A stretch of 64,000 nt of DNA from a virus: IMG/VR virus record IMGVR_UViG_3300046616_000431, positions 1 to 64,000 of that record; one strand, given 5' to 3'. The notes beneath the pieces are model-generated. The model was given only the letters and a program-made list of their open reading frames with translations, was not told the origin of the DNA and ran no database searches. The translations under genes and the position numbers were made by a program. The stretch's first letter is position 1; each line of letters opens with the position of its first letter. Below are positions 57,803 through 64,000 of this stretch, one piece after another.

Positions 57803-58231
57803 GTGAAGACTCTGGCGCTCGTAGGCGGCGACCTGGCCCCGGGTGACGGCGGGTACCGGTTCCTGACTGGTGCTCCGCGCATCCGGCAGGACCTGGCGCT
57901 CGCGCTGGCGGAGCCGTTCGGCAACGACACCTACCACCCCGAGTACGGGTCGGTGCTCAGCTCCTACATCGGCGAGCCGCTGACGGACGAGCTGCAGCTG
58001 CTCGTGCGCTCCGAGGTGGTCCGCGTGCTGCAGCAGTACGTCGCCGCTCAGCAGGCGAACATCGCGGCCGACTCTCTGTCGGGCTCGCGGTCTCGCTACA
58101 GCTTCCAGGACGTTGTGAAGTCGGTGACGTCGATCACGACGGACATCAAGTACGACGTGCTCAAGGTCGCGGTCTCGCTGACCACCGAGTCCGGAGCGAC
58201 GGTCAAGATTCTGCGGACGGTGGACGTGTAA
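57803..58231 (+). CDS. baseplate wedge / sheath initiator (T4 gp25-like)
   Basis: GNDTYHPEYGS motif; precedes baseplate J. Confidence 0.8.
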   Translation: MKTLALVGGDLAPGDGGYRFLTGAPRIRQDLALALAEPFGNDTYHPEYGSVLSSYIGEPLTDELQLLVRSEVVRVLQQYVAAQQANIAADSLSGSRSRYSFQDVVKSVTSITTDIKYDVLKVAVSLTTESGATVKILRTVDV

Positions 58232-60081
58232 TGGGAGTCTCTCGCGAGGACATCGTCACGCAGATGCGTGACGCGCTGCTGATCTCCGACCCGGAGGTGG
58301 ACACTTCCGTCGGCACGCCGCTGCGGAAGATCCTGGACGCGGTGGCCGGGTCTCTGGCGGACGCGTACGTCGAGAACCACTTGCTGTCGTACGCCTACGA
58401 CATCGACTCGAAGATCGACGCCGACCTGGACTCGTTCACGTCGCTGTTCGGTATCTCGCGGATCCCAGCCCGGCGCGCGATCGGCTCCGTGACGTTCTCC
58501 CGGACCGGGGACCTCACGCCGACCGTCTTCATCCCGGTCGGCACCGAGGTCGCGGCGTCCAGCGACCCGGCCCTGATCGTCCAGCTGGTCACCGGCGCGA
58601 CCCTGATGCCCGGCTCGACGTCGGTCACGGTGCCGGTCCAGGCGGTCGCGGCCGGGCCGGAGGGGAACCTGGGCGCGGGCGTGGCCACGGTCATCACGTC
58701 GCCGATCCAGGGGGTCAATTCGGTGGTCAACACCGGCGCATTGACCGGTGGCACCTCCCGGGAGACGGACACCGAGCTGCGGGCGCGGTGGAAGGCCACG
58801 GTCTTCCGGTCGATGGCCGGGACCGAGCAGATGTACCTGGGCGTGGCCCTGGACGACACCGACTGCTACGCGGCGCAGGTGGTCGGCTCGTCGAAGACGC
58901 GGTCGGAGATCCTGCAGGTGCCGGTCACCGGCAACACGGTCGCACAGATCAACGACGCGAAGTACGTCTACTCCTCGCCGGTGCAGGTGGCGAAGGCGGA
59001 CGGCACGCTGCTGGTCAAGGACTACGACTACACCTGGGTGCCCAGCAATCCGCCGCAGCTCGCCGGGCTGTCGTCGTCGTTCCCGGCCGCTGGTGAGCTA
59101 CTGACGGTCAACTACCAGTACCTGCCGACGGTGAGCCGGAACGACCCGGCGACGAACATCACGAACCGGGTGGACATCTTCACCGGCGGTACCCGGGCGC
59201 AGGCGGCGCAGGCCAGCCTGATCTTCAAGAACGACAAGAAGTGGCAGACGGTCTCCACCGTCGACCTGTACACGGGAGTCTGGCTGCGCGCGGACCAGAC
59301 GCGGCCGGAGGCGGGCAACGTGTTCATCCCGCTGCCGTTCGGGCCGATCCTGAGCGTGCCCACGAACCTCACGGTCGGGGCGACCACGTACGGCCTGGCG
59401 ACGGCGGCGAACCCGATGGGGACGGTCACGGGCGGCGTCACGTACGCGTATCAGATCGTCCACGAGGACTCGGTGGACGGCTGGACACCGACGAGCCGTT
59501 TCGGCCTGGAGTGGCACCGCAACTACCTGCCCGCCAACGGCTCCTCGTTCGTGGTCGGCGGGACCGGGAACTACACCTACAACGAGGTGCCTGCGAGCGT
59601 GCAGGACGCGGTCAATCGCTGGCGGCTGGTGGGCATTGACGCCAAGGTGCACCAGGCCAAGCAGCGCTGGCTGCGGTTTGCCCTGGGCGTGATGTACACG
59701 GCCTCCTCGACCGGGTCGGTTGCCTCGGTCCAGGACGCGATCCGTACGGCACTGAGCGACTACCTGAACCGGATGGGGTTCAACAGCAACGTCCAGATCT
59801 CCGACGTGCTCTCGGTCATCCACCAGGTTCCCGGGGTGGACAACTGCCGCCTGCTGCACGGCGGGGACGTGACCGGCTACAGCTCGGCCAACCCGAACGC
59901 CTCCATCGTCGGCATGCAGCAGATCGCGCCGGGCAGCGCGTCGAACTCGGCCGCGCTGGCGTCGTACGTCGAGCCTGCCACCGGCCGGGCCAAGGACAAC
60001 TACTTCAAGGACGACGAGCTGCCGGTCCTGGGCGCCGTCGTCTTCAAGACGCTCGCGCGCAACAGCTTCGGGGTGCTCTGA
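58231..60081 (+). CDS. baseplate J-like wedge protein
   Basis: AIGSVTF...IPVGT, AGPEGNL and TGGTSRETDTELRAR motifs. Confidence 0.9.
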   Translation: MGVSREDIVTQMRDALLISDPEVDTSVGTPLRKILDAVAGSLADAYVENHLLSYAYDIDSKIDADLDSFTSLFGISRIPARRAIGSVTFSRTGDLTPTVFIPVGTEVAASSDPALIVQLVTGATLMPGSTSVTVPVQAVAAGPEGNLGAGVATVITSPIQGVNSVVNTGALTGGTSRETDTELRARWKATVFRSMAGTEQMYLGVALDDTDCYAAQVVGSSKTRSEILQVPVTGNTVAQINDAKYVYSSPVQVAKADGTLLVKDYDYTWVPSNPPQLAGLSSSFPAAGELLTVNYQYLPTVSRNDPATNITNRVDIFTGGTRAQAAQASLIFKNDKKWQTVSTVDLYTGVWLRADQTRPEAGNVFIPLPFGPILSVPTNLTVGATTYGLATAANPMGTVTGGVTYAYQIVHEDSVDGWTPTSRFGLEWHRNYLPANGSSFVVGGTGNYTYNEVPASVQDAVNRWRLVGIDAKVHQAKQRWLRFALGVMYTASSTGSVASVQDAIRTALSDYLNRMGFNSNVQISDVLSVIHQVPGVDNCRLLHGGDVTGYSSANPNASIVGMQQIAPGSASNSAALASYVEPATGRAKDNYFKDDELPVLGAVVFKTLARNSFGVL

Positions 60082-61415
60082 TGACGACTCCCATCCACCA
60101 GGGCAGCGGTCTGTACGGCTCGGCCGTCGTCTCCGGCGGCCTGATGCCGCTGCAGGCCGACATCACGGTGCCGCAGTCGACGGCGCTGGCCAGCGGTACC
60201 GGCATGCTGGTCGCCGACACTGCCATCACCGAGCAGCTGCGGCACTTCCCTGAGGACGTCTACGACCTCCGGCCGACGTCGCACCTGGTGCGGCTGATGC
60301 AGGTCCTGCTCGGGGAATCCGGCGTCGGCCAGCTGCGCAAGCGTCTCCTCCTGGCCCAGCTGCAGACGCTGTCCTCGTCGGGGGCGAGATTCTTCGATCT
60401 CGACCGCTTCTACGGTGCCCTGTTCGGGGCAACTCGGGCCGACTCCGAGCAGCTGACGATCAACCCCATGGAAACGTCGACCGCGACGGCCGCCGAGTGG
60501 GAGTCAATCGAGGCTGCCGATGCGTCATTCCGGGACCGGATGACCGCACTTGCCCAGTCAATTGCCATGGGCGGCACCGTGCCGGGCCTGACGGCGGCGG
60601 CCGAGGCCATCACCGGCGTCGAGTGCGACGTCTTCGAGTCCTGGGCACTCCTGGACGCCACGGACGATCCCCAGGCGGCCGGGCACGACTGGACGTGGAT
60701 GGAGGGCGCTGCCAGCTGGGCCGACTACGAGGGCCAGATCTGGGGCGCGCTGGAGGGGACGCCGTTCTACGGCCGCTCCGGCGTGCTGACGCGCAGCGAG
60801 CTGCTGGTCCGGGTGAACCGGGACTACCCCTCGACGCCAGAGGGCCGGTCCCAGCGCACGAGCGACGAGTGGGCGCTGGTGCGGGTGCTGGAGCGGATCA
60901 AGCCCGCGCACATCCTTCTCACGGTCGACACGCAGGGGACCTCGGCGCTGCTGCCCCGGGGTATCGCGGCGATCAGGTCCGACAGTGAGCACTGGGAGAT
61001 CGCCACCCGGGTCACGCCGGGCCAGGTCCCCCTGGGGGCAACCCCCTACCCGCTGTCGCCGCAGCAGGAGGCAGACGGCATTGACTCCGGGTCATCCCGG
61101 GTATTGCCCCGGCCTCCGCTGGTCACGAAGATCGGCGACGAGTGGGCGTACGGGTCACAGATCCCGACGTGCCGGACGTACTCGGTCACGCCGACGGACG
61201 ACGTCGACTTCACCGAGCCTGGACCGGTCCCTGACTCCGGACTTGACTCAATTGACCAGTCAGTTGTCTGGCGTGACGGGACAAGCACGGTCTACCGGGC
61301 GACGCTCGGGTCAATGGACCCGCTGCTGAGCCAGGCGGCCCGCGCGGGCGCCGACGGCGTCCTGGTGGCGAACCCGTACAGCGGCGACCGTCGGATGGTC
61401 CTGACGACCGACTGA
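60081..61415 (+). CDS. baseplate wedge protein (P2 gpI-like)
   Basis: GGTVPGL..AAE and LERIKPAH motifs; follows J. Confidence 0.75.
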   Translation: MTTPIHQGSGLYGSAVVSGGLMPLQADITVPQSTALASGTGMLVADTAITEQLRHFPEDVYDLRPTSHLVRLMQVLLGESGVGQLRKRLLLAQLQTLSSSGARFFDLDRFYGALFGATRADSEQLTINPMETSTATAAEWESIEAADASFRDRMTALAQSIAMGGTVPGLTAAAEAITGVECDVFESWALLDATDDPQAAGHDWTWMEGAASWADYEGQIWGALEGTPFYGRSGVLTRSELLVRVNRDYPSTPEGRSQRTSDEWALVRVLERIKPAHILLTVDTQGTSALLPRGIAAIRSDSEHWEIATRVTPGQVPLGATPYPLSPQQEADGIDSGSSRVLPRPPLVTKIGDEWAYGSQIPTCRTYSVTPTDDVDFTEPGPVPDSGLDSIDQSVVWRDGTSTVYRATLGSMDPLLSQAARAGADGVLVANPYSGDRRMVLTTD

Positions 61416-61487
61416 GCCGGGGGCTTCCTGTTCGCCGGGCTCTTCGTGCATCCAAGGGGCGCAAGGAGACAACCGCGAGGGAGCCCC

Positions 61488-64000
61488 ATGGCCGACCTGT
61501 ACGCCAACTACGCCGCGCTGGCCGCCGCCCGCCAGATGGGCGTGGATTACCGGCTGCTGGTCCGTACTCCGCCGGGTTCCAGGCTCGCCCATATCGCGAT
61601 CCACGGCGGTGGCATCGAGCCGGGCACCACGGAGATCGCGGACTATCTCTCCGGGTCCGCCAGCCGGTTCTATTCGTTCGACGGCATGCTGGTCTCGGGC
61701 AACTCTGACCTGCACATCACCTCGACGAACTACGACGAGCCGCAGGCCCTGGAGCTGGTCGGCGCCAGCGACTACGTCATCTCCTGGCACGGCGCGGCCG
61801 GGACCGATCCGGTCACCTACATCAGCGGCCTCGACACCGACACCGGGACGCGCATCAAGGAAGCCCTGGAGCAGGCCGGGTTCACCATCGGCGCGACACC
61901 GACGGAGCTCGACGGCAGCAGCCCGACGAACATCGCCAACCGGGGCGCCCGCACGATGGGCGTCCAGATGGAACTGACGCTCGCGCTGCGCCAGTCTTTC
62001 TTCGAGGACTTCACCCGCGCGGGGCGGGACAGCGGCCCGCGTACGGCGGACTTCTACACGTACATGACGGCGATCCGGACGGCGCTCAACGGTCTGGATG
62101 TCCCGGGCAAGGCCCTCGGGTCCGTCTGGCGTGACCGGGTTGCCCAGCCGGTCAGGGGGACGGGCTCGGCGTCGGGTGACTTCGGGATCCCGGCCCTTGC
62201 TCCGCTGACCGTGGACGGCATGCCCCTGGCCGCGCTCAAGGACGCCCTGCGGCTGCAGACGAACACCCGCCAGGTCAGCAGCAACGGCAGCGAGCGGTTC
62301 TGGTCGAGCCCGCCCCGGCCGAACGGCAACCCGCTGCGGGAGGTCTTCGAGTTCTCGCTGGCCACGAACCGGCCGGTCAACCGGGTGGCATTCTCGCTCG
62401 CCCGCTTCCCCCAGCGGGCCTGGGTGCAGTGGCGTGACACGGACGGGGTGTGGCACCCGCTGACACACGCCCGGACCCAGGCGCCGGTCCAGATCAGCAT
62501 CATGGACTCATTGCCCGCGATCATCCCGGCGGGCGTACCGGACAACGTCAAGCTGCACCCGCAGCACTTCGGCTCCGGGCACTGGATGCCTCAGATGGTC
62601 GACGTCGTCCCGGTCAATGCCTCCCGGTTCCGGATCATCATGGCCCGGCTGCCCTCGTCATCGCGGCCGGTCAGCACGGATGGACAGCCGGTGCCGTACT
62701 CCCTGGGGGTCAAGGACGCGCAGGTCTCCTACCGGGCCGCGTCCACGGACGACCTGCCGTGGCTGCCTCAGGCGGACGCCGAGTACACGGCCGCAATTGC
62801 CGGGTCAACCGACCTGCTGGGGTCACAGATCGAGTACTCCGTGCGCCGGAACCGGGCGGCCAACCTGCTGCCCCCGGCCAGCGGCATCTGGCGCTGCGCC
62901 CCTCAGCCGGTGCCGAACGCCGTGGTCAGCCTGCACCTTGACCTGCGGGACTCCTTCAACAAGCCCCAGGTCATTGACCGGCTGTATGTCGACCCGGTGA
63001 CCTCGGGCCCGTCGGTGAACCTCTACTACACGGACCAGACGGCGATCCCGGACCGGTTCGCCCCGGCGACCACTCCGTTGACCCTGCCGCTGGTGCGGCC
63101 GTCGGCCGACTTGCCCGTGGCCGACAGCGAGGGCCTGCTGTTTGACCGGTCACGGTCCTACCTGGACGTGGACAACCGGGCCTGCCAGCTCGACCCGTCC
63201 GAGCCGTTCCTCCTGGCCATGACGGTCAACCCCCAGTTCACCTCCTCTGACCTGGGTCAATGGACGGTCATGGACACCGGTCAACTGACCGTCGGCTTCA
63301 CGGATGGATCGTTCGTTGTCCGTCTCGGTGACCGCCAGATCGAGATGGACCCGGTCACGTTCGGGGTCAACGCCTCTTTCCCCGTGGCAATTGCCTACGA
63401 CGGGTTCACGTTGACCGTCCGCACGCCGTGGGGGCGGAGGGAGCGACAGGACGTCCACCTCCCCTCGGATCCGCCGAGCACGCTCCGGCTCGGCGGACCT
63501 CTGTCGGGCGAGGGCGGTGCGATCCGGATCCGGAGCCTGTTCCTTGCCCGGGGCCGGGCGGCCGACATCGAGACGATCGAGGCGTACTGGCTCGCCCCGT
63601 CCGCGTACGTGCTGCCGCCGGGCCTGGACGCCGACCCGTCCCTGCATACGAGCGCCAACGCGATCCTGCGGATGGACACCAGCCTGATCACGCCGGGGGC
63701 GGAGTCGGTGTGCCCGTGGGGGCTCATCGGGGGCCCGGCGGTCTGCCACGACTCCCAGGTCTGGACGCCGGTGCCGGGCGACTTCACCCTGCGCAAGGGG
63801 CTGCTGAAGTTCCGGCCCATCAAGGCCGCCCACGTGAAGATGGAGTTCACCAACCTGGCGCCGCTGGTGCTCACGCCGTCCCAGGCGACACCGATCGTCA
63901 AGACGAACCTGTTCCCGGCCGACTCGGGCCAGGGCAGCAGCACCGTGGCGAGCGCAAGCAGTGCGTCCGGGGCGGTCCCGACCGGGGCCCGGGTGGCTAC
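61488..64000 (+). CDS. poly-gamma-glutamate hydrolase domain fused to large baseplate/tail protein (partial, runs off window)
   Basis: manual translation: MADLYANYAAL...IAIHGGGIEPGTTEIA...LHITSTNYDEP...ISWHG...NIANR...GVQMELT..LRQSFF; absent from ORF track, consistent with no stop inside the window. Confidence 0.85.
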   Translation, partial: MADLYANYAALAAARQMGVDYRLLVRTPPGSRLAHIAIHGGGIEPGTTEIADYLSGSASRFYSFDGMLVSGNSDLHITSTNYDEPQALELVGASDYVISWHGAAGTDPVTYISGLDTDTGTRIKEALEQAGFTIGATPTELDGSSPTNIANRGARTMGVQMELTLALRQSFFEDFTRAGRDSGPRTADFYTYMTAIRTALNGLDVPGKALGSVWRDRVAQPVRGTGSASGDFGIPALAPLTVDGMPLAALKDALRLQTNTRQVSSNGSERFWSSPPRPNGNPLREVFEFSLATNRPVNRVAFSLARFPQRAWVQWRDTDGVWHPLTHARTQAPVQISIMDSLPAIIPAGVPDNVKLHPQHFGSGHWMPQMVDVVPVNASRFRIIMARLPSSSRPVSTDGQPVPYSLGVKDAQVSYRAASTDDLPWLPQADAEYTAAIAGSTDLLGSQIEYSVRRNRAANLLPPASGIWRCAPQPVPNAVVSLHLDLRDSFNKPQVIDRLYVDPVTSGPSVNLYYTDQTAIPDRFAPATTPLTLPLVRPSADLPVADSEGLLFDRSRSYLDVDNRACQLDPSEPFLLAMTVNPQFTSSDLGQWTVMDTGQLTVGFTDGSFVVRLGDRQIEMDPVTFGVNASFPVAIAYDGFTLTVRTPWGRRERQDVHLPSDPPSTLRLGGPLSGEGGAIRIRSLFLARGRAADIETIEAYWLAPSAYVLPPGLDADPSLHTSANAILRMDTSLITPGAESVCPWGLIGGPAVCHDSQVWTPVPGDFTLRKGLLKFRPIKAAHVKMEFTNLAPLVLTPSQATPIVKTNLFPADSGQGSSTVASASSASGAVPTGARVA

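Noticed and set aside
45269-61415. Stand-alone contractile injection system (eCIS/tailocin)
   Set aside because: Portal, protease, scaffold and capsid genes are present under the same promoter motif, so this is a phage tail.
1-64000. Terminase, integrase/att sites, tRNAs, DGR reverse transcriptase
   Set aside because: No recognisable motifs seen in this window; they may lie elsewhere in the genome.

Overview
This window is about 64 kb of a high-GC (Streptomyces-like codon usage) large myovirus genome, or a phage-plasmid/prophage. Almost all real genes are on the + strand. After a few accessory genes (secreted NlpC/P60, dCTP deaminase) comes a nearly complete virion region: internal-head-like proteins, portal, beta-helix spikes, endolysin and holin-like genes, a giant prohead protease, scaffold, decoration protein, major capsid protein, neck genes, contractile sheath, tube, a frameshifted tail chaperone, tape measure and baseplate genes. 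The gene order resembles cluster-C-like actinobacteriophages (recalled, not searched). No terminase, integrase, polymerase, tRNA or CRISPR array was seen. Inserted on the - strand are an HTH / HExxH-peptidase / multi-TM sensor cassette and a ParA partition cassette with palindromic parS-like sites. The most notable observations are: (1) a free-standing multi-HTH endonuclease behind the capsid gene whose last 8 codons duplicate the capsid C-terminus, while the capsid's own 3' end is synonymously recoded; (2) a bipartite TGTY-N~22-ARGGGGYG motif in 20 copies upstream of virion operons; (3) polyprotein-like head proteins carrying ADP-ribosyltransferase-like and HhH-glycosylase-like cargo domains between recurring (K/R/T/Q)-x-A motifs; (4) a poly-gamma-glutamate hydrolase domain fused to a baseplate/tail protein that the ORF track missed. 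All functional calls come from motif recognition by eye and gene order; no database search was run.
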